From the IMG/VR virus record IMGVR_UViG_3300020048_000002: a DNA stretch of 64,000 bases. One strand, given 5' to 3'. Every line of letters begins with the position of its first letter. The stretch's first letter is position 1. Below, in pieces: positions 41,202 to 51,260 of this stretch. The DNA is from a virus (Duplodnaviria; Caudoviricetes). The position numbers and the translations under genes are program-made. Below the pieces are notes generated by a model that was not told where the DNA came from, made no database searches, and saw only the letters and a list, made by a program, of their open reading frames with translations.

Positions 41202-42086
41202 TCAAAGGCCCAAAAACTTCCGGGGAGAGAGGACCCCTCGACCCGAATACGGTCCGAAACTCGACCTTATACCCACACCGTACTTAGGCTGTTGTAGACC
41301 ACGCACGATGTTGACCGTGGCCTTGGCCTTTTCCAGTTGCTTGTCGAACTGGTCGGCGGCGGTTGAGAGCGCCCCTTCGTACTTGCTCGATTTGTCGATG
41401 TCGAGGGACACCCCACCGATCGAGTACGAAAACTCGTCCGCGATCCAGTTGAGCCGTAGGGCTTGAATGGCGTGGATCATGGCCCCGGTGAGCAAGAGAG
41501 TGCGCCATGCCGGGTAACGGGTGGCAAGGTTATCCAGGGTCCCGAAGGGGGTGTACGGGGGTGCTAGGGAGATAGAGTCCAGGGACCTTTCCAGGTACTC
41601 CTTCATCTCCTCGTCCTCCCAGATGTACCCGAAGACTCGGTTGAACTGGTTGATCGTCTCTTCGTGAGCCGGGGGCCTGAAGTGGTAGTTTCGGTCGGGG
41701 CTATTTGAAACGAGCATCCCCGACCGCACGAGGACGAAGTTGTGCCAATCCGCCGCCGTGAGGTCGTACATGTACCGGCGAGACGGGAGTCTCTCGACCG
41801 AGAGAACCGCCACGGGAGTTTCGTGCCCGGCCACCAAAGTACCGACGGAAAGTGTCTCGGCTTCGGCCTTTCGGGTAGGCGTGAGGAACACCCGATGGCC
41901 CCCCGTTAGCACCGAGGAGCCGCGAGTTGTGGTGACTCGAAGAATGACTTCACCCTCTACTTCGGCGCGGTGGACCCTCTCGACTCGTTTCCAAGCGACT
42001 TCCCCGGTGGGAGAAACGGAACGAACCCGAAGAGTGCCCTTAGAGAAGGCCGTTTTTACTCTTTCGCGTTGCGAGTCGGTCAACAT
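41202..42086 (-). CDS. split gene, C-half: 128-aa IntC + C-extein of a probable virion protein
   Basis: Block B TGGHRVF, block F MYDLTAADWHNF, terminal VSN|SPDRNYHFRPP. Confidence 0.85.
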   Translation of the reverse strand: MLTDSQRERVKTAFSKGTLRVRSVSPTGEVAWKRVERVHRAEVEGEVILRVTTTRGSSVLTGGHRVFLTPTRKAEAETLSVGTLVAGHETPVAVLSVERLPSRRYMYDLTAADWHNFVLVRSGMLVSNSPDRNYHFRPPAHEETINQFNRVFGYIWEDEEMKEYLERSLDSISLAPPYTPFGTLDNLATRYPAWRTLLLTGAMIHAIQALRLNWIADEFSYSIGGVSLDIDKSSKYEGALSTAADQFDKQLEKAKATVNIVRGLQQPKYGVGIRSSFGPYSGRGVLSPRKFLGL

Positions 42087-43002
42087 GAAAGTCCTTCTCC
42101 GTCCAAATAATGAAGTCCCACCCCATTAAGGCCGCATAGGTAGAAGCTACACGCAGGCGGACTTGGTGTCGATGTTCAGGCGGTTGTTGCAAGACCCAAC
42201 TCGCCTTGACTTCAATAAGTGTGATACTTTTGTCGTGGTGCGTCACCACAAAATCAGGCAAAATCCAACGACCGTTGGGTAGCTCGACCCGAGGCTCAAA
42301 GGCGTATTCAAGCACGTCGGGATCTCCATCGAGGAGAGCCGCAACCACCCTTTCGTAACTACTCCGTGTCCAAATGCGCGGCGTCGTACACTTTAGAGGT
42401 GTGATCCAAGCCCCACGACCCCACTTCTCGGGACTCTGCACCATCCGTTCTACTTGAGCTTTAGACCGCTCTAAGCGAACATCTTCCCGTTGGTGGTAAG
42501 CTAATAGTGCCGCCCTCTCTTCGGGGCGCTGCCATCGTCGAAGTGCTGCTATATGCCGACGCTCCCGTACTTCGGGACGGAGATTAGCTAATCGAAGTAC
42601 TTCTCGTTCAGCGGTAGACCATATCCGTCCCTGGTGGAAGTCGAAGTCACCCGCATCCCACGCCTGCTTCATTCGCAATGTAAGCCAAGGCTTTTTACGA
42701 CCTTTGCCTTGCCGCCCCACCCTTGCAGCGTTTTCTTGACGATTTCGCTTTGAAGCCAGGTTGCCCGTAGCTCTCGTGCTTCGTTGAATCGCCGCCAAAG
42801 AAAGTCCCGTTAGCTCAACCATACGAGTCCACGGCATTCCTGTGCCATGAAGCTCCGTGATGAGGTCGTGTCGCCGCTCTAGGATCCACTCGGAACCCTT
42901 AGAGGGCCTCCCCTTTTTCGAGAACTGTTCCCACGTCAACCCGTGACGTTCAAGTAAGGGTAGAAGCTCAAGGGGTGCCGCCGATGGCGTCGTAGAGATC
43001 AC
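42040..43002 (-). CDS. free-standing endonuclease (TnsA-N-like PD-(D/E)xK) separating the split intein halves
   Basis: TRSSYER...YAFEP...ILPDF...LIEVKA...WDFIIWTEKD. Confidence 0.78.
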   Translation of the reverse strand: MISTTPSAAPLELLPLLERHGLTWEQFSKKGRPSKGSEWILERRHDLITELHGTGMPWTRMVELTGLSLAAIQRSTRATGNLASKRNRQENAARVGRQGKGRKKPWLTLRMKQAWDAGDFDFHQGRIWSTAEREVLRLANLRPEVRERRHIAALRRWQRPEERAALLAYHQREDVRLERSKAQVERMVQSPEKWGRGAWITPLKCTTPRIWTRSSYERVVAALLDGDPDVLEYAFEPRVELPNGRWILPDFVVTHHDKSITLIEVKASWVLQQPPEHRHQVRLRVASTYAALMGWDFIIWTEKDFHVDRLATRKSKNGLL

Positions 43003-43468
43003 GGAAAGAAACTACCATAATATCCCCATCTACGTCAAGTTCGACTTCTTCCTCTTCCCCGATGCAGTTGTCTCGGGTCAGAATACGGAGCCGTCGAATG
43101 AGGTCCGTCTCGACTGGAGAATACGTTGTCGTCGGGGTGTTCGTTGTCGGGGAGGTCCGATCAAGGATGGCGAACTCTTGGACGACTTGTTGAATAGGGT
43201 CTCCCAAAAGCCCTTGGAAAGTCCACCGAATACGGTACGTGCCAATGTTCGCATCCAGGGGGATGATAAGACTGGCGTAGTACTCCCCTACGGACGGGTT
43301 TTGTGGGGCTCGTTGATTGGAGCCAAGAAGAGCTTCTTGCCCCGTCGTAAAGTCGTAGAGGGCATACGAGATTTGTGCAGCGTTCGCGGGTACACCGTTG
43401 GCGTTCGTAAAAAAGATGGTCAAGTCATTGTGACCAAGTTGTTGACCACGGTAGAATGTAACGCTCAC
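42968..43468 (-). CDS. split gene, N-half: Ig-like N-extein + 32-aa IntN
   Basis: ...RRLRILTRDN|CIGEEEEVELDVDGDIMVVSFRDLYDAIGGTP* resembles intein block A. Confidence 0.82.
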   Translation of the reverse strand: MSVTFYRGQQLGHNDLTIFFTNANGVPANAAQISYALYDFTTGQEALLGSNQRAPQNPSVGEYYASLIIPLDANIGTYRIRWTFQGLLGDPIQQVVQEFAILDRTSPTTNTPTTTYSPVETDLIRRLRILTRDNCIGEEEEVELDVDGDIMVVSFRDLYDAIGGTP

Positions 43469-43477
43469 GATAGCCTC

Positions 43478-44218
43478 TCAGTCCCAGCCCGTGGGGGCAC
43501 AGCCGCAAGGAGGTTCCATAGGAGCCCCAGCTTCCAACACGAAGGGTTCCTCGACTTTGCGGCAAACTCCGTTTTCTACGTAGGTCCAAATAATCATCCA
43601 GTTCCCTGGCTGACCACAGTCACCTAAGTACCCCGTGGCATGGTAGTGCCCGAGGGAAGAAGACGAGGGAGTCCGTCTCGAAGGGCCTCTAAGTTTGCGC
43701 GAACCACCGGGCAAGATCTCGTAGATTGCGTAGGTCACTTCGGGTGGTCCGTAAGGATTCCCACTGGCGTCAGTAATACACAGGGTCAAGTCATTGACTT
43801 GCAGCATGTGCATGTAGGAAAATGTCTTGATCGGCGGTGCGTCGCAAGGACAGGCCGGGTCCGGAGCTTGTCGAACTTCGACATAGGCTTGAAGGTCCCC
43901 GAAACCGGAGAGGGGCATCGGGACGGAGATCCCGATATTCCCAACCCCACGAAGAACTCCGGTCATGTTGTAGGTGGGGGAGAGATCTCCGGAGATGTCC
44001 CCCACCCCAGCCATGTTGCCGCCAAGCAAGACGGAGAAGTCGGCCACCACGGTTCCAACCCCGTAGACCTGGCCGCCCATCAAAAACGAGATGGTAGGAT
44101 CCACAGAAACGGACGATGAGCCGTCCGTATCCCCGCCAACGAAAACCCAGGCGACTAGGGGCGCTAGAACGTCCCCTACGCCATCGAGTGTTCCGTCAAG
44201 GTCAACAAGGGCCATCAA
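43478..44218 (-). CDS. putative virion protein (Gly/Val repeats + Ig-like domain)
   Basis: C-terminal domain resembles the N-extein of 42968-43468. Confidence 0.6.
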   Translation of the reverse strand: MMALVDLDGTLDGVGDVLAPLVAWVFVGGDTDGSSSVSVDPTISFLMGGQVYGVGTVVADFSVLLGGNMAGVGDISGDLSPTYNMTGVLRGVGNIGISVPMPLSGFGDLQAYVEVRQAPDPACPCDAPPIKTFSYMHMLQVNDLTLCITDASGNPYGPPEVTYAIYEILPGGSRKLRGPSRRTPSSSSLGHYHATGYLGDCGQPGNWMIIWTYVENGVCRKVEEPFVLEAGAPMEPPCGCAPTGWD

Positions 44219-44598
44219 ACCTCAGAGGCGATGAGCTGCCCCACTGGGAACCGAACTTGATCGTTGATGGCAACGGTACGGGGAACGGAGAGGAGGTTGA
44301 AGTAAAGCAAGTTACCTCCAACCGACTGATCGTAGAGCCCAAACGCGACAACCGTGCCCCAAGATGCAGCGGCAAGGGGGAACACCACATCCGTCGTGTT
44401 TGACGCGAGCCCGTTCACTGGGCTCGAAAACGTCACGGTCTGACGCGAGTAGCCTCCCCCAGAGACTTCCGTCCCGCCCCCGCTGGCCGTGGGGGCAGCA
44501 GTAAAGAGAGCGGCGTAAATGGTGAGGGGGGATGCAAACGGTGTTTGCCGGAGAGCCGCATTGATGAAGGCGTTGTCTAGGTAGTAGGTCTTAGGCAT
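44215..44598 (-). CDS. small phage tail-associated protein
   Basis: YAALFTAAP...GTEVSGGGYSRQ...FP...WGTV family; paralog of 52404-52805. Confidence 0.72.
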   Translation of the reverse strand: MPKTYYLDNAFINAALRQTPFASPLTIYAALFTAAPTASGGGTEVSGGGYSRQTVTFSSPVNGLASNTTDVVFPLAAASWGTVVAFGLYDQSVGGNLLYFNLLSVPRTVAINDQVRFPVGQLIASEV

Positions 44599-44605
44599 GG
44601 CATCC

Positions 44606-45007
44606 TCAACAATGGGGCTTCATGAACGAGGGCTTCAACCCACCCGTTGCCTGCGCCGACGTTTGGATCACATCGTAATCTTGGCCGACAATCTGCTGGC
44701 CCGCTGGGTACGTGATGATCAGCCGCCAGTAACCGATGGCGTTGGGCCGCCAACGAACGTTGTAGATTCCAGGACTACCTGGCACTTCAACCCAGTAAAT
44801 TCGACCGGAGACGATTTGGGAGTCTGTGATCCCAATCCCCGACACGAGTGGCCACGGCTGAAGTTGGTTCTGGAAAAAGAGCTGGGACGTGATCTGAGCA
44901 ACGTTGAGCCCAAAAACGCGCGTAAATCCGTCAGGCAAGAAGAAGTCCGCCTGATCCAAGACCGTTTGGTTGTTGTCTACGGTTCGCCCGCGTAGGGTAT
45001 TGCTCAC
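44606..45007 (-). CDS. putative virion Ig-like protein
   Basis: PGIYNVRWRPNAIGYWRL; late-type motif upstream. Confidence 0.6.
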   Translation of the reverse strand: MSNTLRGRTVDNNQTVLDQADFFLPDGFTRVFGLNVAQITSQLFFQNQLQPWPLVSGIGITDSQIVSGRIYWVEVPGSPGIYNVRWRPNAIGYWRLIITYPAGQQIVGQDYDVIQTSAQATGGLKPSFMKPHC

Positions 45008-45040
45008 GTCCGCCTCTCCCTATGCCTCACGATAAGAGGA

Positions 45041-45745
45041 CTAGGTGTTCTCGAACCAACGGTACGTGACCCCAAGGTTCACGGACGCTCCACCAGAGTT
45101 CTCGTAGGTAAGCCGTAGAAACAAGCCCGCAGGGATGTTTCCCGCCGTGGGGGCGATGATCTCTTGCTGGTTGTCCCAAGGTGCAACCGGGAGGCGCTTC
45201 ACGTACTCGGCGACGACGAAGCCAGCCCCAAGGCCCAGGACGTTGTTCACGTCCACGACCGAGAAACTCACCCGGTCCCCCACGGTTGCCCCACGGACCC
45301 AGTAGTACCCGCCCTGGAGACGGATAGGCTTCGTCGTCTCCTCGTCGTGGATTGAAGTGCCGGGGTCACACGAGTACAGGTGCCCTATGAATCTCGTTCG
45401 CTCAGTCGAGTAAGCGTACGGACTCTGCGTTACGACCGTGGAGCCCCCGTTCGCCCTGGGAGAGATGACTCCGTTCGATGAGGAAAGGTAGTTGGCCTCG
45501 AAGTCAGCGCGGTCAGCGTCGTTTTCAGCTTGACTGTACCCACTCGCTAGCACGCCGTCTGGCACTAGCTCTTTCCAAATTGTACATAGGTGGACTTCAG
45601 GGCCGTCGTAAAACCAGACCGTGTATGTGTCCCCGTCGTCATCTGACTGATACTGCCCACCCTTGGTCGCGTTTTGACTCTTCCAATCGGTCCAACGACT
45701 TGGGCGTTGAGTGAACTGCGGAGCAAGTTGAACGGGCATAATCAA
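45041..45745 (-). CDS. putative tail-fibre-associated protein
   Basis: Beta-rich ORF in the fibre cluster. Confidence 0.55.
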   Translation of the reverse strand: MIMPVQLAPQFTQRPSRWTDWKSQNATKGGQYQSDDDGDTYTVWFYDGPEVHLCTIWKELVPDGVLASGYSQAENDADRADFEANYLSSSNGVISPRANGGSTVVTQSPYAYSTERTRFIGHLYSCDPGTSIHDEETTKPIRLQGGYYWVRGATVGDRVSFSVVDVNNVLGLGAGFVVAEYVKRLPVAPWDNQQEIIAPTAGNIPAGLFLRLTYENSGGASVNLGVTYRWFENT

Positions 45746-46707
45746 ATCTCGTAGTAATCAAAGCTGCCGTAAGTTGTCATGGCAGCGGCAGAAGACGGTT
45801 GAACGTACATGATTACTCGTGACGGCCCGACAATGCAAATGGGCTGTGAAAAGGCTCGAACAATACTGGCCTGTGCTGTGGCGGAACGAATCGACTCACT
45901 TACTTGTAGGTTTACGTTAGCTGTCAAATTTCGTTGAATCAGGGTCAACACACTAGCGTTCGCAGTTACCGCCCCGTTCATCTGCGTTATATAGGCCACT
46001 CGACCCGAAGCCACATAATGATGAGTGAACTGAGTCACCCCCGCTGAAGCTGCGATGGAGGCAATCGCTCCAGCCCCACCTGTCGTATTTGTGAACAGGG
46101 TGATGACTCCGGCGTTTGTGCCTCCAGCCCCCGCAGAGGTAACTTTCATATTTTCAATGAAGCATATATTGGTTGCCCCCGTGGCAACCGCAGTAGCTCC
46201 GTTCAACGCAACCGTATCCGTAAACGGGCCATTCATCGAAGCGTCGTAATAGGTGATAGTTACCTCTCGCGCTCCGGTGCTTACTGCACGGTCATTGGCC
46301 GAAGAAGAGGAAACCGACCTTTGCGCTGCTACGGTAGGTTCTGCGTATGTGGTGCCCCTCAGAGGGACGTTCGCTGTAGCTGAGGTGGAAATCTGCCCAA
46401 ACGCAACCCCACAAACAAACGACTCTGTGGCGGGAGCCAGACTTGTGACAGAACCAGATGAGTTTAGTTGCAACCTAGGAGAGTTGGAGAGCTTTTTCCA
46501 GTTCTGCTCAAAGTCTTTTTGGTCAAGACTTACAGGGTCATCCTTTACCACCGAAACAAGCCGAGGGAGGTCCGTATCCAGGGTCGTTATTGAGTAAGCT
46601 CCTGGGTCTTCGCTCCAAGTGTACGCACAGCGAGCATACGTTCCGTCTAGCCACTTGCGAAACTCGGCCCAGTCAAAGCCATACCTGATGGGATCCCCTG
46701 GTTTCAT
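45742..46707 (-). CDS. putative tail-fibre-associated protein
   Basis: Ala/Thr/Ser-rich; N-terminal DFE.N[WY] module shared with 45041. Confidence 0.55.
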   Translation of the reverse strand: MKPGDPIRYGFDWAEFRKWLDGTYARCAYTWSEDPGAYSITTLDTDLPRLVSVVKDDPVSLDQKDFEQNWKKLSNSPRLQLNSSGSVTSLAPATESFVCGVAFGQISTSATANVPLRGTTYAEPTVAAQRSVSSSSANDRAVSTGAREVTITYYDASMNGPFTDTVALNGATAVATGATNICFIENMKVTSAGAGGTNAGVITLFTNTTGGAGAIASIAASAGVTQFTHHYVASGRVAYITQMNGAVTANASVLTLIQRNLTANVNLQVSESIRSATAQASIVRAFSQPICIVGPSRVIMYVQPSSAAAMTTYGSFDYYEI

Positions 46708-48557
46708 CAGAATACCTCCCGCATCTGAATAGACCCCACATAGTCCTCACTCGTAGACCCCGATAGTTGCTGCATGGCCAAGACGTACTCGTCTCGAACA
46801 CCCGCGACTGTAGCCCCTAGTGACAAAAGTCTCTGAAACAACACAACAGTAGTGTTCGCAAATCCGTACCCAGAAGCGACCTGATAACCCGCCGAAACGG
46901 TACCCGTCCTTGCAATATCAAACTCCAACCCAGAGTTGGTGATAGCCGTCCATGAGGCTGCCGTGCCCCCCGTGATGGTGGGGTTCAACAAAAGTGCCCA
47001 ACGAAACGCATTGTTGGAATTTGTAACGCACACAACACCAATTTGTTCGGGGAAGGCGGTCATTCTCGTGTACGCCGTCTTCGCTCTGACACTAACAAGT
47101 GGGCGTAGGGCTGTTCCGACACCAGCCGAAAATGTCTGCACCGTTACACCTCGGTCGATGCTTGTCAGTGTGCCCGGGTAGTCGTTACCTCCTTCCGAAG
47201 CCACCGACGCGCAGTTACAATTTAAGGTTGCTCCTGCCGACGCTGCTGTGTTTCTAATTTCCCATCGAACGGGAAGGGCCGCCGTCTGCATGTACACGCC
47301 AGTCGAGATGTTCGCGTGCTTGAACGTGTGGGCGTAATACACGTTACCGTCGACTACGAACCCCATCCGAACAATGCCGACACCTAGCCACTCAAGGTCG
47401 GTGTAGAGAATTTGAGCCTTGGTCAGGTCAAGGGAGACTCCACTTGGCCCCGTCCCATTGAATGGGTCCACGTTCCACGAGGCTTGCGCTACAGCGGTAT
47501 CAACAGCCGCACCGCTTGTCGATGTCCGCATGACCAAAGACGCACCTGCCGAGGTCTGCTGCAAGAAGATGCCGTTACTTCCATCAAAATAGCCGACTCG
47601 ACGAGTGACGTTCACGACGGCTGCTCCCATCGTGAACGTCATCAGAACTTGATGGGACTTGCCCGCTTGATAGGGGAAGTACCTACGAGTTTGACGAATC
47701 GCTGAATCGGCGGCATTGGCCGTAACCGTCAGGAGTCGAATGGGTGAGTTGGCAACATCTGCCGCTGTAGCTGAACCAGTCAGAGACTCTACGAAGTCAA
47801 CGTCTCGATTGCCGTAAAGGCTCTTGCCATCAAACAGCGTCACAGGCTCGCTCGTGCGAAGCCGGGCAAAGGAGTCGAGCAAGTAGTTCTCTTGCTTGAC
47901 TGGCACTGCCTCCTGATTTGGCGATACCTGTACCACCAACGAAGGATTGGAAGCAACTGCCGTAGACGATGCAGCAACAACCCCTACTGTGTTGGTCCCG
48001 TCGTTGATCTTCGTGGTCTGGCTACCGAGCGTCGTTTGGTTCGCCGACGTTGCGGCTCCGGTAGGTAGTGAAACCGTGCCAGAGACGTTCGTGATGTTCC
48101 ACGTCCCGCTCTGAACCGCCGCTATCGAGTCCGTACCCGAGGCAAGGGCTCGGATTTGCGTCGGATTGATGGCCGCCCCACCGTGGTAGACTTGCACGTC
48201 GAGGGCTTGGTGATCGGTGCCCTCGGTTGTACTCGTCACGTCGGCCGCTGAAGTAGCGCCTTTGGCACCCCCTCGGACAATCGCCTTCTGTGTGCCCCCA
48301 GTAAGGGTGGCATCCAGAGCAAGCGACCCCGATGTGCCGATGTTCGCTGTGACCGTCCCGCTAACGGGTTGAGTGACCCCCGAGCCGTCAACCTTCAGAT
48401 CGCCAGAGGCGTTGAGGTTGAGGAACTGAGTGTTGTTCGACGGATCAAGACCCGCAGCAAGGTTGCCACGAGCGTTTACCGGAACCGCCGTGTTGTCCTT
48501 GACGGCAATTTCGACGCCATCGGTCGTGAATGGAATGCTGACGGGTGACTTCGCCAT
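46707..48557 (-). CDS. putative tail fibre / receptor-binding protein
   Basis: VTQPVSGTV and LPTGAATSANQ stalk repeats plus a lectin-like C-terminal domain (DLEWLGVGIVRMGF). Confidence 0.68.
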   Translation of the reverse strand: MAKSPVSIPFTTDGVEIAVKDNTAVPVNARGNLAAGLDPSNNTQFLNLNASGDLKVDGSGVTQPVSGTVTANIGTSGSLALDATLTGGTQKAIVRGGAKGATSAADVTSTTEGTDHQALDVQVYHGGAAINPTQIRALASGTDSIAAVQSGTWNITNVSGTVSLPTGAATSANQTTLGSQTTKINDGTNTVGVVAASSTAVASNPSLVVQVSPNQEAVPVKQENYLLDSFARLRTSEPVTLFDGKSLYGNRDVDFVESLTGSATAADVANSPIRLLTVTANAADSAIRQTRRYFPYQAGKSHQVLMTFTMGAAVVNVTRRVGYFDGSNGIFLQQTSAGASLVMRTSTSGAAVDTAVAQASWNVDPFNGTGPSGVSLDLTKAQILYTDLEWLGVGIVRMGFVVDGNVYYAHTFKHANISTGVYMQTAALPVRWEIRNTAASAGATLNCNCASVASEGGNDYPGTLTSIDRGVTVQTFSAGVGTALRPLVSVRAKTAYTRMTAFPEQIGVVCVTNSNNAFRWALLLNPTITGGTAASWTAITNSGLEFDIARTGTVSAGYQVASGYGFANTTVVLFQRLLSLGATVAGVRDEYVLAMQQLSGSTSEDYVGSIQMREVF

Positions 48558-49051
48558 TAGACAATCGTCCTTGTCCGACTCGTCTCGAACACGCCGGAGT
48601 AGCTGATGGTGTCCGTCACGGTAGCGAGAACCGTCGTACCATCGGTGTCATACACCTTCCACTGGTCCGTTGCGATGGTGTAGTTCCCGTTGTAGGTGAT
48701 CGCTTCCTCGACGATCTTCTTCAGCTTGGCCGAGGACTCCCACCAAATGATGCTCGTCGGAAAAGGGTTCGCCGAGGGGAGCGTCTCCTGGTAGACCCCA
48801 GAAGGGAAGCCCTCGAACGGCCCACCTTCTTCCGCGAGGTGGATGAGTTGCCGAAGCGTCTTGTGGTCACCGGCTGAGATCCCACCGCCGCTCGACCGGG
48901 GATTGAAGTTCCCAATCGAGTCCCGCATGACGAAGTTGGTGCCGTCATAGTTGAAGGCACCTCCGACCGTGGGGCCGGTCGGATTTGTCCCGAGACGGAT
49001 CTCGTCGTCCTCGATGAGGGCTCCAGGACGCCTATCGGGAGTACTCGGCAT
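48557..49051 (-). CDS. putative virion protein
   Basis: Translationally coupled ORF in the structural cluster. Confidence 0.6.
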   Translation of the reverse strand: MPSTPDRRPGALIEDDEIRLGTNPTGPTVGGAFNYDGTNFVMRDSIGNFNPRSSGGGISAGDHKTLRQLIHLAEEGGPFEGFPSGVYQETLPSANPFPTSIIWWESSAKLKKIVEEAITYNGNYTIATDQWKVYDTDGTTVLATVTDTISYSGVFETSRTRTIV

Positions 49052-49054
49052 GGG

Positions 49055-49639
49055 TCACGCCTTTGGCTTACGTCCGCGCTTCTTCGGTGCAGGCTCCGGT
49101 GCAGCTTCCGGTGCAGCTTCCGGTGCTTGGCTCACGGGTTCCTGAGCAGGCGCTTGGGTCACCTGCTCGGCAAGCCGCTGCTCTTTGATGGTCATACCCG
49201 GATGCAGCCCCATCGATCTCCTACCGGGGTCCTCTCCCGACTGGAGCTTCTCGTAGGCTACTCGTAGCGTCTGAGCCTTGGACTCCTCGGCGTCTCGGAA
49301 CTGCTTGGCAAGCTGGACAGCCTGCTGCATCCCCGACACCTTCCCGGTCTGAGCAACGCGGTTGGCATCTGACTGGATGCCGAGGTTCGTCATCATCTGG
49401 TGGGCACGCTCGACGTACCGCTTGATGTGACGGGCCTGTTCGAGATCGAACTTGCCCTCGTCCATCTCCTTGTCGATGTGCTTGGCAAGCCCCTCTACCG
49501 CTTGGGCGGCTTGCTTGAAGGCCGTGACAGCCCCCTCCAAGCGGTAGAGGTCTTTGGTGCTTGCTTCCAAAGCATCATCGAGGCGGCACCCGATCTCGTG
49601 TGCCGCCACGACCTTGATTTCTGATTTCTCAATACTCAT
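49055..49639 (-). CDS. coiled-coil hypothetical protein (possible fibre chaperone)
   Basis: Helical, with PEAA repeats and a KKRGRK tail. Confidence 0.6.
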   Translation of the reverse strand: MSIEKSEIKVVAAHEIGCRLDDALEASTKDLYRLEGAVTAFKQAAQAVEGLAKHIDKEMDEGKFDLEQARHIKRYVERAHQMMTNLGIQSDANRVAQTGKVSGMQQAVQLAKQFRDAEESKAQTLRVAYEKLQSGEDPGRRSMGLHPGMTIKEQRLAEQVTQAPAQEPVSQAPEAAPEAAPEPAPKKRGRKPKA

Positions 49640-49662
49640 CTGGGTTTACCTACGGGTTAGGC

Positions 49663-51237
49663 TCAGGGCTTACGGTAGGGGATGACGCAGATCACGTCGT
49701 TCAGCTTCAGGATGAACTCGAACTTGAGTTGGGCCGCCGGGGTGAGCGCCGTACCGGGGTAGTAGTCATGGTTGGCACCCGAGTTCGCACCCGGACGGAG
49801 GAGGGCTCCGTTCAGGTACACGTCGTAGTCCTCCGTGAACGTACCGCCGCTCATGTCGGGGAACGCCGTATCGACGTTGGCGTCCGCAAGGCTCACGTCG
49901 TTGTTGGCGGTGATGGCAGCCGCCGTGACGACCGAGTAGACCTTGGGGGCGCGGTCCTTGTTGTAGGCCGACGTGATAGCCGAGAGGAGGCTCACCTCGC
50001 TGCCGAAGGCCGTCTCGAAGGCGTCCCACTCAGCGGTCGTGTCGGAGAGCTTGATGCCCGCCGTCTGTGCCCACGTCGAACCCGTCTGGTTGCCGTCGTC
50101 GAGGTAGAGTTCACCGAACGCACGGACTTCGAGGTCGCCCGCCGAAGTGTCGAGGATACCATCCGAGACACCGACACGGATCGGACGGGTCAGACCCGAA
50201 GCAACCGTGACGCCTGCAACGAAGTCGTTGACGACGGCGTTGTTGTCGAACGTGTCCACGTCCGAAGCGAACTGAATCGTCGAGGTACCGCCACCGGAAC
50301 CCTCAGTGATCTTGAAGAGATCACCGTTCGCGAGATCACGGATCGACCAGTAGATGCCCGCCGAGTTGAGGTCGAGGATGGCGTTCGTGGTGAGTTCGAC
50401 CGGGGTCGTCCCCTGGTTGTTGTACGCCTGCTGACGAGTCTCGGACGAGGCCGAGGGAACGTCTAGCTCTGCACCACGGAGGAAGTCCTGCTCGTTCAGG
50501 TCTTCGAGTGCCTTGCGGGTGTTCGACGAGTAGTGGATGACCTTGTTCTCGATGTCCGCAACCGGGACCGCTTCGAGATCGTTGCCCGCCGAGTTGACGC
50601 GAACGAACGAAAGCTGGGCACGGTTCGGGGTCGTCCCCGTCATCGTGGAGCCGTCCGTGTTCGATTCCGTCTGGAAGAGGGCGTAGATCTGACGGTTGCC
50701 CGAAAGGATCGGGTCGTGGGTCACAGAGTCCACGACGATCCCGAGGTTCTTCGGGCTGATCGAAGTGCCGCCAACAACCTCAGCAAGCGAGTGCGATCCG
50801 AACGAAGCGTTGTAGGCTGCAACCGTACCAAGGGTCGTTACTGCACCGATGGCCGCCGTCGTGTTGGAGGGAAGCTCACCGAGAGCCAGAACGACGTAGT
50901 TGTTGCCTGCGCCGACCGTGACATCGACGATCTCGTAGGCCCCAACAAGAACACGCTTGCGTTCGAGGTCGTGGAGGTTCTGGTTGAGCGACTGAACACC
51001 ACGCTCGACGCCGTTCTCGAACGTGATAGGAGCCGTGAGATCCTGGTACCAATCACCGCCAGGGAACGTCGCACTGGTACGGTTGATGATGCTCGCAACC
51101 TGCGAACGCAGGTTGTTGAGATCTTCCTCGATGTTGGTGGGGTTCGTCTCGTACGCCGCGAGATTCGGAGCGATCGTGTCGTCGTAGACATCCGACTTGC
51201 GGATCTGCGTGTCTTGCCTAATGAATGTACGGCCCAT
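49663..51237 (-). CDS. putative virion structural protein
   Basis: 524 aa, Thr/Asn-rich, C-terminal DVYLNG...DY module, AGGAG RBS. Confidence 0.7.
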   Translation of the reverse strand: MGRTFIRQDTQIRKSDVYDDTIAPNLAAYETNPTNIEEDLNNLRSQVASIINRTSATFPGGDWYQDLTAPITFENGVERGVQSLNQNLHDLERKRVLVGAYEIVDVTVGAGNNYVVLALGELPSNTTAAIGAVTTLGTVAAYNASFGSHSLAEVVGGTSISPKNLGIVVDSVTHDPILSGNRQIYALFQTESNTDGSTMTGTTPNRAQLSFVRVNSAGNDLEAVPVADIENKVIHYSSNTRKALEDLNEQDFLRGAELDVPSASSETRQQAYNNQGTTPVELTTNAILDLNSAGIYWSIRDLANGDLFKITEGSGGGTSTIQFASDVDTFDNNAVVNDFVAGVTVASGLTRPIRVGVSDGILDTSAGDLEVRAFGELYLDDGNQTGSTWAQTAGIKLSDTTAEWDAFETAFGSEVSLLSAITSAYNKDRAPKVYSVVTAAAITANNDVSLADANVDTAFPDMSGGTFTEDYDVYLNGALLRPGANSGANHDYYPGTALTPAAQLKFEFILKLNDVICVIPYRKP

Positions 51238-51260
51238 GCCCTTCTCCTGTAGCTAAAAGA

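Noticed and set aside
42040-43002. Group I intron interrupting the gene
   Set aside because: The nuclease ORF overlaps both flanking ORFs, leaving no room for a ribozyme core. Intein motifs on both halves explain the split.
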